DNA of 64,000 nucleotides from Candidatus Aminicenantes bacterium (GCA_026393975.1 JAPKZD010000003.1:254858-318857); one strand, 5' to 3'; shown: positions 20,629-29,526, counted from the stretch's first letter. Notes: a model not told the origin generated them from the sequence alone. Translations and numbers: made by a program.

Positions 20629-21029
20629 CGGCCATGAAACGGAGCGAGCTCAGGACTTATTTCAAGAACGGCCGGGCCTTGGTTTCGGCCCGGACCTACG
20701 CCACAGTCAAGACGAAGAGGGCCTGCGCCAACGCCTTCGCCGTCATCAAGGACGACCGGGAGACGACCTGCATCGTCGATGAGTCGAAGCTCGGCGCCCA
20801 GAAATTCCTGGGGTTCGAGGGCGATTGGAGGATGATCACCTTCGACATGCTCCTGCCGTTCAGCCTGGTCGGGTTCTTCGCCGGGGTTTCCGGGGCCCTG
20901 GCCGAGGCGGGGATCAGCATCTTTACCGTTTCGGCCTATTCCACGGACCATGTGTTCGTGAAAAGCCGGGACCTCGATAAAGCCGTCAAAACGCTCGAGA
21001 AACTGGGCATGTCCGTCCGCCGGCTCTAG
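20625..21029 (+). CDS. ACT-domain protein (CASTOR/DUF2241-like)
   Basis: ETTCIV...[44 protein letters not shown]. Confidence 0.85.
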   Translation: MTAMKRSELRTYFKNGRALVSARTYATVKTKRACANAFAVIKDDRETTCIVDESKLGAQKFLGFEGDWRMITFDMLLPFSLVGFFAGVSGALAEAGISIFTVSAYSTDHVFVKSRDLDKAVKTLEKLGMSVRRL

Positions 21030-21064
21030 GGCCGGGTCCAGTCTCCGGGCGAAGGAGGACCGGG

Positions 21065-22021
21065 ATGCCGGCCGTCGTTCCCCTCGCAGAGATCAAGAAA
21101 GTCCTGGCCGCGATCGACCCCCTACCGCTCGTCGAGGCAGGCTTCGCCGCGTATTCGCGCGGCGACGTGGTCGTTCCCCCGGTGGGCGAACTCGTCTTCG
21201 ACCATCCGCCGGGCGACGTCCACATCAAGTACGGCTACATCAAACGCGACGATTTCTACGTCATCAAGGTCGCCTCCGGTTTCTACGACAACCCGAAACT
21301 CGGCCTCCCCTCGGGCGACGGCCTGATGCTCATTTTCAGCCAGAAGACCGGCGTTCTCGAAGCCGTCCTTCTGGATGAAGGCTACCTGACAAACCTGCGG
21401 ACGGCCGTGGCCGGAGCGGTTGTCGCCAAGTACCTGGCCCCGCGCCAAGTGTCGGCCGTGGGCATCGTCGGCGCGGGCGTCCAGGGCCGGATGCAGCTCG
21501 ACTGGCTCCGGCGGGTGCGGAAGTTCGATGAGGCCGTCGTCTGGGGAGTCGATGAAGAGGAGCTGGCAGCTTACCGCCGGGACATGGAATCGCCCGGCTT
21601 GAAGATCCGGACGACGCTCCGGGCCGAGGAGGTCGCGGCCGCGGCCAATCTCATCGTCACCTGCACGCCCGCGACGACGCCCATCATCAAGGCCGCGTGG
21701 GTCCGGCCGGGAACGCATATCACGGCCGTTGGCTCCGACACGGCCTCGAAGCAGGAGCTCGAGGCGGCCATCTTGGCCCGGGCGGACCGGGTCGTCGTCG
21801 ACAGCCTCAGCCAATCGGAGCTGCGGGGGGAAGTCTACAAAGCCGTGAGCGCCGGCGCGATCGGAAGAGACCGCCTGATCGAGCTCGGGCGGGTCATCTC
21901 GGACGAGAAGCTACGGCGGGCGTCGGATAGTGAAATCACCGTGGCCGACCTGACCGGTGTTGCCGTCCAGGACATCCAGATCAGCAAGGCCGTCTGGCTG
22001 GCCATCCGTTCGGCCCTATAA
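21065..22021 (+). CDS. Ornithine cyclodeaminase / mu-crystallin family protein
   Basis: LTNLRTAVAG, GIVGAGVQG, HITAVGSD, K.ELE and DLTGVAVQD. Confidence 0.9.
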   Translation: MPAVVPLAEIKKVLAAIDPLPLVEAGFAAYSRGDVVVPPVGELVFDHPPGDVHIKYGYIKRDDFYVIKVASGFYDNPKLGLPSGDGLMLIFSQKTGVLEAVLLDEGYLTNLRTAVAGAVVAKYLAPRQVSAVGIVGAGVQGRMQLDWLRRVRKFDEAVVWGVDEEELAAYRRDMESPGLKIRTTLRAEEVAAAANLIVTCTPATTPIIKAAWVRPGTHITAVGSDTASKQELEAAILARADRVVVDSLSQSELRGEVYKAVSAGAIGRDRLIELGRVISDEKLRRASDSEITVADLTGVAVQDIQISKAVWLAIRSAL

Positions 22022-22024
22022 AAA

Positions 22025-23134
22025 TCAAAGGTATTTCTTGACGACGGCGTCCATGGCGCCCATCTGACTTTCCATCTCGGCGACCATCTTGAACTGAGTC
22101 CGGGCGCGGTCGAGGTTGTGGCCCTCGCGGTGGATCTTGAAGTAGACGTCGCCCTTGAGGTGGTCGGTGAGAAAACGGATGCCGCACTCGAGCGTCAGCA
22201 GTTTAGCCGAGAAGGCGAGGAGGTCGGTCTCCGTGGGGACGAGGAAATCCCGGGCCGCGTCGAGGTAGCCGGCGGCCAGCCGGTCGAAGAGCCCGAGGTC
22301 GAAGCCGACCTTGGCCAGGTCGCGCTCGTCCTCGGCGGCCGTCGCCGCGCCCAGCCGGACCGAGTCGCCGAAGTCGTAGAGGATCGAGCCCGGCATGACC
22401 GTGTCGAGGTCGATGACGCAGACCCCTTCTCCGGTCCGGTCGTCGATCATAACGTTGTTGAGCTTGGTGTCGTTGTGGGTGACCCGCTCGGGGATCCGGC
22501 CGGCGGCCAGCCCGTCCACGACCTCACCGGCGTCCTTCTCCCGGGCGACGACGAAATCGACCTCGGGCTTGACTGCGGCGGCCCGGTTGACGGGGTCGTG
22601 TTCGAGCGCCGCGAGGAAGGCCTCGTAGCGTTTCCGGGTGTGGTGGAAGTCGGGGATGGTCTCGTGGAGGCGTTCGCCGGGCATCCGGGCCAGCATCTTT
22701 TGGAAGTTGCCGAAGGCCTTCGAGGCCGAATAGACGTGGCGGAGATCCTCGACCTGGTCATAGGTTCGGGCCCCGTCGATATAGCGGAACATCCTCCAGT
22801 ACGTGCCCTCGGGGGTCCGATAGTAGGACCGGCCGTCGCGGGCGGGGACGATGTTGAGAGTTTCCCTGTCCGGGTCGCCGTTGGCGGCGAGGATCTGTTC
22901 CCGGGCGAAGCGCGTCACCCGCTCGATATTCTCCATGAGCTTTTCCGGCTCGCGGAAAACGAGGTGGTTGATCCTCTGATTGACGTATTTCACCCGCCGC
23001 CCCACGTCCTCGAACTCGGAGCAGTAAGTGTCATTGATGTGGCCGGAAGGGATGGGGAAGGACGAAACCCAGCGGCCTTCGACGTCGAAGGCGGCGCAGA
23101 TCCTGTCCAGCTCGGGCGACGGTTTTTTTTCCAT
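22025..23134 (-). CDS. APH/choline-kinase fold phosphotransferase, N-acetylhexosamine-1-kinase (NahK/MdsC)-like
   Basis: GHINDTY, QRINH.VF, ETIPDFHHT..R, RVTHNDTKLNN, VIDLDTVMPG, YDFGDSVR, RFLTDHL.GD.YFK and NLDRAR.Q. The start is placed at ATG 23134. Confidence 0.85.
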   Translation of the reverse strand: MEKKPSPELDRICAAFDVEGRWVSSFPIPSGHINDTYCSEFEDVGRRVKYVNQRINHLVFREPEKLMENIERVTRFAREQILAANGDPDRETLNIVPARDGRSYYRTPEGTYWRMFRYIDGARTYDQVEDLRHVYSASKAFGNFQKMLARMPGERLHETIPDFHHTRKRYEAFLAALEHDPVNRAAAVKPEVDFVVAREKDAGEVVDGLAAGRIPERVTHNDTKLNNVMIDDRTGEGVCVIDLDTVMPGSILYDFGDSVRLGAATAAEDERDLAKVGFDLGLFDRLAAGYLDAARDFLVPTETDLLAFSAKLLTLECGIRFLTDHLKGDVYFKIHREGHNLDRARTQFKMVAEMESQMGAMDAVVKKYL

Positions 23135-23180
23135 GGATAACCTCGGCACTCGAGATCCCGGCCCCCCGGGTCAGGCGCCC

Positions 23181-23210
23181 ATTCTAACCAAGCCCCTCCT
23201 GGCCTGTCAA
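23181..23210 (-). promoter_or_regulatory. sigma70 promoter of the kinase gene, with the -35 overlapping the repeat-element end
   Basis: Minus strand TTGACA-18 nt-TAGAAT. Confidence 0.6.
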
Positions 23211-23397
23211 CCCCTGGAATCCCCGGCATAAATGCCGGGGCAGGGCTTCCCAGTCCTGGTCCTTGCAAGACCGGGGCTTGTTCGGGGTTAACCCTGAGCA
23301 GGGCTTACCAGTCCCGGTCCTGGCTGGACCGGGGTCTCGCTTCGCGCTTCGCGTCCCCGCCTTGAAAGGCAGGGCTTAGCGTCGGCGAACGGGTCAA
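23206..23397 (+). repeat. Composite palindromic element (IS200/IS605-end-like, REP/PATE-like), copy 1
   Basis: Starts GTCAA-CCCCTGGAAT-CCCCGGCATAAATGCCGGGG. Contains two related internal hairpins (23241-23279 and 23299-23337), GGGGTTAACCCTGAGC and CCCCGCCTTGAAAGGCAGGG. Ends GCGAACGGGTCAA. Shares motifs with 41300-41346 and 63443-63556. Confidence 0.7.
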
Positions 23398-24686
23398 TGC
23401 GTCCGGCTTCCGCTCCCCGTCCGCTCCCGGCTCCCGCCCGGGCGCCGTCCGGCCCCGCCGCCACGCCTTCCCGAGGAGCTTCCGCCCCGATCCGAGGGCC
23501 GCCGTCTCTCCAGGCGCTGGCCGGCCAGCTTCTCCAGGCTCAGGTCCCTGGCGAAGAGGTCGTCGGTCACGGGAAACTCCGGGACCTTCATGCCGATGAA
23601 CTTCTCGATGGCCTCGAGGTGGTCGGACGTGGCCTCGCTGGCCAGCGTGATGGCCAGGCCCGTAGCCCCGGCCCGGGCCGTCCGGCCGATCCTGTGGACG
23701 TAGTTTTCACAGTCCTGGGGGATGTCGTAGTTGATGACCATCTCCAGGTCGTCGATGTGGAGCCCCCGGGAGGCGACGTCTGTGGCCACAAGGAGAGGGA
23801 AGCGTCCGGCCATGAAATCTTCGATGGTCTGCAGCCGCTCGCTCTGGCGAAGGTCGCCGCTGAGGAACTTGGCCTGGAGGCCGTTGGCCTGGAGCTGTTT
23901 CGCCAGGAGGAACGCGGTGTGCTTCATATTGGTGAAAATCAGGACGTTCTTGGGGTTGCGCCGCTTGAGCAGGCCGAGGAGGAAGTTGAGCTTGATGTGG
24001 CTCTTGACCCGGTAGAGCTCCTGGGAGATGGTGTCTACGGTCAGCTGTTCGGGCGTGACCTCGATGAAGGCCGCCTCGTTGAGGTAGGCCTGGGCCACCC
24101 TTCGCGAGAGCTTGTTCAGCGTCGCGCTGAAGAGCATGCTCTGGCGGTCGGCGCGGTCGGGCATCTGGCGGACGATGTCGCGGAGGTCGGGCAGGAAGCC
24201 CATGTCGAAGAGGCGGTCGGCCTCGTCGATAACCAGGAAGCCGCATTCGCGGAAGTTGAGGCGCTTTTTCTCGGCGAGGTCGAGGAGGCGGCCCGGTGTC
24301 CCGATGATGATGTCCGGGCCGGCCTTGATCTGGGCCAACTGGGCGACGTAGCCGACGCCGCCGTAAAAGCAGCCGATCTGAAGCCCCAGGGGTCCGTTGA
24401 GGATTCGGGCCTCGCCCTCGATCTGGACGGCCAGCTCCCGCGTCGGGACGATGATCAGGGCCTTCTTTTTCGACCCGTGGGTCTGCTTGAGCAGATGCGA
24501 GAAGAGGGTGATCAGGAAGGCCGCCGTTTTTCCCGTCCCGGTCTGGGACTGGACGGCCACGTCCTGGCCTCTCAAGGATTTATCCAGGGTCAGCTCCTGG
24601 ACGGAAGTCAATTCCGTGTAGCCTCTCTCCGCGATGGCCTGCTGCAGCCTGGGATCGAGGTTGAGTTCCGTAAAACGCATGTTCAT
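23394..24686 (-). CDS. DEAD-box RNA helicase (RhlB/RhlE-like)
   Basis: QTGTGKT, PTRELA, TPGRLLD, DEAD, SAT, HIDD and YVHRIGRTARAG motifs, with an RGG-rich tail. Confidence 0.95.
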   Translation of the reverse strand: MNMRFTELNLDPRLQQAIAERGYTELTSVQELTLDKSLRGQDVAVQSQTGTGKTAAFLITLFSHLLKQTHGSKKKALIIVPTRELAVQIEGEARILNGPLGLQIGCFYGGVGYVAQLAQIKAGPDIIIGTPGRLLDLAEKKRLNFRECGFLVIDEADRLFDMGFLPDLRDIVRQMPDRADRQSMLFSATLNKLSRRVAQAYLNEAAFIEVTPEQLTVDTISQELYRVKSHIKLNFLLGLLKRRNPKNVLIFTNMKHTAFLLAKQLQANGLQAKFLSGDLRQSERLQTIEDFMAGRFPLLVATDVASRGLHIDDLEMVINYDIPQDCENYVHRIGRTARAGATGLAITLASEATSDHLEAIEKFIGMKVPEFPVTDDLFARDLSLEKLAGQRLERRRPSDRGGSSSGRRGGGAGRRPGGSRERTGSGSRTH

Positions 24687-24895
24687 TCCTTTTCGGACTG
24701 GGGGTCAACCCTGGGGGGGATAATCGCCGCAGGGAGTGATCTCACGGGCGGGGGGGTTCTTTCCGCTTCGTTTCTGTCCAATGATCTATTCAGACCGTAA
24801 TATTACCATAAAACCGGGGGCCGGCTCAAGCCGGGATATTCCGCCCGGCCGCCCTCCCCCCGGAGGGGCTCCCCTCGGGGGACAGGAATAATGCC

Positions 24896-24924
24896 TTGAC
24901 AAGACCGCTCCCATGCCTTATTTT
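24896..24924 (+). promoter_or_regulatory. sigma70-type promoter
   Basis: TTGACA-17 nt-TATTTT upstream of the metallopeptidase gene. Confidence 0.5.
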
Positions 24925-25041
24925 CTCTGTCTCCGCGGGCCATGCATTTCCGGCAGGCGCCGATTCCCCGTCATATGGGAAGGCGCGCTGCCTGGCGGCT
25001 CGCCCCCCAGGGGCGGTCCAGGGGGACATTCCGAGGGCGTG

Positions 25042-26079
25042 ATGAGCGGTAAAACCATTCAATCTCTCGTCCAGAGCTGGGAGACGGTCAGGTTCGAGCT
25101 CCTGAATACCCGCATTTCGAGCCTCAACCTGAGCGTCGAGGGCTCTCCTGTGGACAGGTTCGTCTGCCGCCTGCGCCGGGAGATGGAAGCTAGGAGATTC
25201 CGGCTCAAACCCGAGATTTACCTGACGGACGGCTGGGGCTGCCCCGACCGCACCCCCGTCATCGGGATCCCGTTCTACCTGGCCGATCCGCGCTTGGTCC
25301 GCCTCGAAGAGGAGCAGAACGATGAGATCGAGAACCCGCGAACGATCATGATGCTCCTGCGCCACGAAGCCGGCCACGCTGTGAACTACGCCTACCGGCT
25401 CTGGAGGCGGTCGAGTTGGAGCGAGATTTTCGGGCCGTTCACCAAGCCCTACCGCGATTCCTTCCGGCCGAACAGGATGAGCCGGCACTACGTCCGTCAC
25501 ATCGCCGCCTATCCTTACGGCCGGACCTACGCCCAGAAGCACCCGGACGAGGATTTCGCGGAAACCTTCGCTGTCTGGCTCGCGCCCCGCTCCGGGTGGC
25601 GGCGGCGTTACCGGAACTGGCCGGTCATCCGCAAGCTCCTCTACGTCGACCGGCTCATGAAGGAGATCCGGCGAGACGCGCCCGAGAACTATCACGGCCG
25701 TCATCTCCGTCCCGCCGACCGGATGAACCTGACCCTGGCCGAATACTACGGGAAAAAGGCCGAGCGGTTCCGCCGGGCCGCCCGCGGCTACGTCGACGAC
25801 AGTCTCCAGGAGGCCTTCCCGGCCTCCCGGGGACAGGTTCTCCGGCCGGCCTCGGCCCTGTTCAAACGGTACCGGGACCGCCTCGTCGAACGGGTGATCC
25901 ATTGGTCCGTGCTGACTCCCCCGGAGGCGGCCACCCTCGTTCGCAAGCTCGAAGCCAGGTCCGCCGCCCTCGGGCTGAGCTACAGGCCGGGCGCGGAAGG
26001 GGAGAGGCTGATGGACGTCGTTTCCCTGGTGATAGCGCTGGCCCTCGATTTCGCGTACACGGGCCGCTTGACGGGCTGA
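25042..26079 (+). CDS. Putative zinc-binding metallopeptidase (zincin)
   Basis: LLRHEAGHAVNYAY and YAQKHPDEDFAETFAVWL. The start is placed at ATG 25042 because the upstream in-frame text lacks coding character. Confidence 0.85.
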   Translation: MSGKTIQSLVQSWETVRFELLNTRISSLNLSVEGSPVDRFVCRLRREMEARRFRLKPEIYLTDGWGCPDRTPVIGIPFYLADPRLVRLEEEQNDEIENPRTIMMLLRHEAGHAVNYAYRLWRRSSWSEIFGPFTKPYRDSFRPNRMSRHYVRHIAAYPYGRTYAQKHPDEDFAETFAVWLAPRSGWRRRYRNWPVIRKLLYVDRLMKEIRRDAPENYHGRHLRPADRMNLTLAEYYGKKAERFRRAARGYVDDSLQEAFPASRGQVLRPASALFKRYRDRLVERVIHWSVLTPPEAATLVRKLEARSAALGLSYRPGAEGERLMDVVSLVIALALDFAYTGRLTG

Positions 26080-26082
26080 AGC

Positions 26083-27153
26083 CTAACGCCCGACTCTTCT
26101 CGCCCCGCTCTTCATGTTGAAAATCGGCAGCTGCATGTCGAAGGGGGGGCCTTCGAAAGCCGCCTTGAGGATGGTCTGGAGAAGATGGGGATAGTCGATC
26201 CCGGCCTGCTCCGCCGAACGCGCCAGGCCCATGCCGCTGTCGAGGCAGGGGTTGCAGTTGACCTCGAGGACCAGGGGCTGACCGTTTTCGTCGAGCCGGA
26301 TGTCGACGCGGCCGTAGCCCCATCCGCCCACGGCCCGGAAGGCCTTGACCGCCGTCTTGCCGATGAGAGCGGTCAGCCCGGCGTCGACCTTGGCCGGGCA
26401 GATAACGCGCGTCCGCTTGTATTCGACGGACGTCTCGACCCACTTCGCCGCGTAGGACATGATGGGCGGGATGGCCGGGGGAAGCCGCGAATAGTCCACC
26501 TCGGCCAATGGCATGACCTGGATCTTCCGGCCTCCGAGGAGGCCGACGTTGAACTCGCGGCCGGGCAGGAAATGCTGGATGAGCGCGGGCTGCTTGTAGG
26601 TGGCCAGAACGTCCCTCGCTTTCTCCTTGAGGGCCTTTTTCGTGTGGACGACGGAGCCCCGGTCGAGGCCGATGCCGGCGTGCTCCTGGGCGGCGTGGAC
26701 GATGAGGGGGAAGACCCACTTGTGCCCGTTGATATCCGAAACTCGCTCGACGATCACCGTCGAGGGCGGGATGGGGATGCCCGCGCCCTTGAGCAGGCTC
26801 AGGGCCATGTACTTGTAGCGGTTCAAGCCGAGGCCGAGCGCGGGAGAGCCGGTCATCCGGTAACCGAGCATACGAATGAACGCGGCGATGCGCATTTCGT
26901 AGAGAGCCCCGTGGACGACGTCGTCGTACTGGTTGAAGACGATGTCGGGCCGGAGGCGGATGAGCTTGCGCTGGAGGCGGGAGAGGTCGCCGGCGATGGG
27001 AATGACGACGACTTCGTGGCCGGAGCGCCGGAGGCCGCGGGCGATCCCCCGGATCATTTGGCGGAGATGCCAGAGGCTTCCCTCGTCGGCTTTTTCGGCG
27101 GGCTGCGAGTCTTCGTAGGAGTTGTAGATGAGCGCGATACGGAGTTTCTTCAT
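26083..27153 (-). CDS. D-Ala-D-Ala-ligase-like ATP-grasp enzyme
   Basis: PDIVFN, Y.MTGS, GIG...SVV, QHFLPGREFNVGLLG, YGRVDIRL and VLEVNCNP. It lacks the Ddl N-terminal GGxSxEH. Confidence 0.85.
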   Translation of the reverse strand: MKKLRIALIYNSYEDSQPAEKADEGSLWHLRQMIRGIARGLRRSGHEVVVIPIAGDLSRLQRKLIRLRPDIVFNQYDDVVHGALYEMRIAAFIRMLGYRMTGSPALGLGLNRYKYMALSLLKGAGIPIPPSTVIVERVSDINGHKWVFPLIVHAAQEHAGIGLDRGSVVHTKKALKEKARDVLATYKQPALIQHFLPGREFNVGLLGGRKIQVMPLAEVDYSRLPPAIPPIMSYAAKWVETSVEYKRTRVICPAKVDAGLTALIGKTAVKAFRAVGGWGYGRVDIRLDENGQPLVLEVNCNPCLDSGMGLARSAEQAGIDYPHLLQTILKAAFEGPPFDMQLPIFNMKSGARRVGR

Positions 27154-27271
27154 GCGCCTTCCGATCACCCTTCGGCCTTATTTTAAAATAAGCTAGGGGT
27201 CTTCTACAAGCGCAAAGACGCGTTATCTCAATAAAACGGCCGAGAGACGAAAGATCGAGCCGGGCCGTTTC

Positions 27272-27346
27272 CTAGATCCAGTGCAGGATTTGGAACTGGC
27301 TTCCGTCGCGCAGGATGGCCAGGGCTTGGGACGCGGATTCGGTCAT
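27272..27346 (-). other. 24-aa micro-ORF (MTESASQALAILRDGSQFQILHWI), probable internal-deletion remnant of a membrane-protein gene
   Basis: Strong SD AAAGGAGG at 27351-27358 and its own promoter (next feature). Not in the supplied ORF track because it is too short. Confidence 0.55.
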
Positions 27347-27392
27347 GGGACCTCCTTTGTCGAAACGGATTCGATGTTTGCCGTCGAAGGGG

Positions 27393-27422
27393 ATTGTAGG
27401 GGCGATCCCGGACGGATGTCAA
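27393..27422 (-). promoter_or_regulatory. sigma70 promoter of the micro-ORF
   Basis: Minus strand TTGACA-18 nt-TACAAT. Confidence 0.65.
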
Positions 27423-27439
27423 TCGGCGGGAAAAGCAGA

Positions 27440-27472
27440 GGACGGCGGCCGCCTTCGAGGCGGCCGCCGTCC
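27440..27472 (-). terminator. Probable intrinsic terminator of the M28 gene
   Basis: GGACGGCGGCCGCCT/AGGCGGCCGCCGTCC hairpin about 20 nt after the stop, followed on the minus strand by TCTGCTTTT. Confidence 0.6.
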
Positions 27473-27492
27473 GGATGGTTCTTACGAAAAGC

Positions 27493-29328
27493 TTATCTGT
27501 CGGCGAAGGCGAAGACCGTCAGGAAGCCGTGCTGGCTGATCTTGGCGATGAGCTCGCCGCTGACTTTCTCCACGCTGTCGCTCGTCTGGTGGTAATCTGC
27601 CGTCATGGCCGCCATGTAATAAACGTAGGGGACCTTGACGGAGGCGAACGAGGAGTGGTCGGAGCCGCCGCCGCCGACGCCGAGCGCGTTGAAGCGGAAG
27701 GCCAGGTCGAGCCCGACGTATTGGTTCATCTCGCGGGCGATGTCGGCGAAAGGCGTGCCCTCGGTCAGGTTGACCGAGACGAACCACGGAGCGCGGACCT
27801 TCTTGACGAGCTCCTCGGCGCCGGGGACACCGTAGGCCCGCATCGAACGGGCGAGCATCTCAGCGTCGTAGGGCCGGCTGATCATGTCGTAGTTCAAGTA
27901 GCCCACCGTCTTTTCGATCGGGTAAGTGGGATTCTGGGCGTAGTAATGCGATCCGAGGAGACCTTCTTCCTCTCCCGTCCACAGGGCGAAGACGATGGAG
28001 CGTTTCGGCTTGACCGGGCTCGCGGCCAGGGCCTTGGCGATGTTGAGGACGCCGACCGAGCCGGAGCCGTTGTCGTCCGCGCCGTTATAGATATAGTCCT
28101 CCCACATCCCCAGATGGTCGTAGTGGGCGCCGACGACGAAGATCTCGTCCTTGAGCTTGGGGTCGGAGCCTTCGATGATGCCGATGACGTTGGTGCCGCG
28201 GATGAGGGCCGTCTTGGACGTCGTGGCGATGGTCATCTTTGCGCCCGGGACATCCATCGAAGCGGGCTTATTGGTCGTTTCAATCTTTTTCTTCAGGTCG
28301 TCGATCGTCTGGCCCGTCCCCTCGAGGAGGAGGTTGGCCATCTCGCGGGTGATCATGGTCGCCGATCCGCCGCCCCTGCCCATGGGCGTGCCCGAGTCGC
28401 CCGCGACCGAGAGCCGCCTGCGGGGCTTGTTGACGATGGGACGTTCGTCGCTGGGTTTGCGGACCATGGATAGGGCCTTGAAGACGTCGCTGTCCTTGCC
28501 CGTGTTCTGGACCTGGACGATGGCCGCCGGCCCGAGCTTGGCGATCTCGGTGATCTTGCTGAACCGGTCCGGGCCGCCGCGCATCATCATGGCCATCCTG
28601 TCGCCCTGGGGAGCGGCCGGGAAGTACTTGTCCTTGAGTTCCTTCTTCGTCTGGAGGGGCGACTGGGGATTGTCGCGGCCGGGCGCGTCGGAGAGCAGGA
28701 GGACGATCTTGCCCTTGAGGTTCAGGCCCTTGAGCTCGTCGAAACCGACCGACGGCTCGCTGATCCCGTAGCCGACGAAGACGACGGGAGCGGTAAGGGT
28801 GCCCTCGGCGCTGCCCATGCCGCCCTGGAAATCGATGCCGCCATGGAACGTGCGGCTCTTGAGCGAGCCGCTTTTATTGACCTCGATCGTGACCGAGGTC
28901 TGGGAGTCCGTGATTTCCTTCATGGCGAATTCCTGGAAATAGGTCCGTTCCGGGGGCGCGCTCGGAGCCTCGCTCCGGCCTCCGCCCATGCGGAATCCGC
29001 CCCTCATGGGAACGTCGCCGGCGGGCTTCACGCCCCACAGCTTGAGCAGGGATGCGGCGTACTCGGCGGCCAGTGCGTAGCCGCGGGTCGCTGTCTCCCG
29101 GCCCTCCATGAGGTCGGACGAAATGTAGGTCAGCATCGCCAGGGAATCCTTGGCGGTGATGGCCTCGAGGCCCGCCTTGTACTTGTCGGGGGCGGGCTGG
29201 GGCTTGTCGACCAGGCTCAATGCTTTCTGGACGTCCTCGAGCTTCATCTGCGGCTGCTGCGGGGCCTGGGCCCGCAGGCTGATGAGTGCGGCGAAGACGA
29301 GGATTACGGCCAATACGTTCTTTCTCAT
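27493..29328 (-). CDS. Secreted M28 family aminopeptidase with PA domain
   Basis: Signal peptide, GRET.TRG, APVVFVGYGI, GAHYDH, GADDNGSG, GEEEGLLGS, SDH and DYHQTSD. Confidence 0.92.
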   Translation of the reverse strand: MRKNVLAVILVFAALISLRAQAPQQPQMKLEDVQKALSLVDKPQPAPDKYKAGLEAITAKDSLAMLTYISSDLMEGRETATRGYALAAEYAASLLKLWGVKPAGDVPMRGGFRMGGGRSEAPSAPPERTYFQEFAMKEITDSQTSVTIEVNKSGSLKSRTFHGGIDFQGGMGSAEGTLTAPVVFVGYGISEPSVGFDELKGLNLKGKIVLLLSDAPGRDNPQSPLQTKKELKDKYFPAAPQGDRMAMMMRGGPDRFSKITEIAKLGPAAIVQVQNTGKDSDVFKALSMVRKPSDERPIVNKPRRRLSVAGDSGTPMGRGGGSATMITREMANLLLEGTGQTIDDLKKKIETTNKPASMDVPGAKMTIATTSKTALIRGTNVIGIIEGSDPKLKDEIFVVGAHYDHLGMWEDYIYNGADDNGSGSVGVLNIAKALAASPVKPKRSIVFALWTGEEEGLLGSHYYAQNPTYPIEKTVGYLNYDMISRPYDAEMLARSMRAYGVPGAEELVKKVRAPWFVSVNLTEGTPFADIAREMNQYVGLDLAFRFNALGVGGGGSDHSSFASVKVPYVYYMAAMTADYHQTSDSVEKVSGELIAKISQHGFLTVFAFADR

Positions 29329-29526
29329 TTAGACCTCCACCTGAAATTCATAGCCGACCTTTTGACGCGGGGCGGCCGATTTTCTTCCATCGGGCCATCG
29401 AACCTATCACCCAGCTGGGCGGAGGGGCAAGATGGACAGGAAGAAATGGACTCGGGACGGGTATTTGGTTATCATAAGCTCGAGGCGTCGGATGCGCCGG
29501 GAAAATCCCTTGAGAGGTCGATTCAC

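Noticed and set aside
23241-23337. Two ~39-nt near-repeats that could suggest a mini-CRISPR
   Set aside because: There are only two degenerate units, both parts of hairpins within a dispersed element. No cas genes and no regular spacers.
26083-27346. Graspetide (microviridin-type) RiPP cluster
   Set aside because: The ligase is Ddl-like rather than RimK/MvdD-like, the peptide lacks a leader motif and Lys/Thr-Asp core repeats, and the ligase seems to have its own promoter.
28843-29526. Apparent 228-aa N-terminal extension of DPP III
   Set aside because: It is antisense to the M28 gene and intergenic DNA. The lipoprotein signal begins at ATG 29527.
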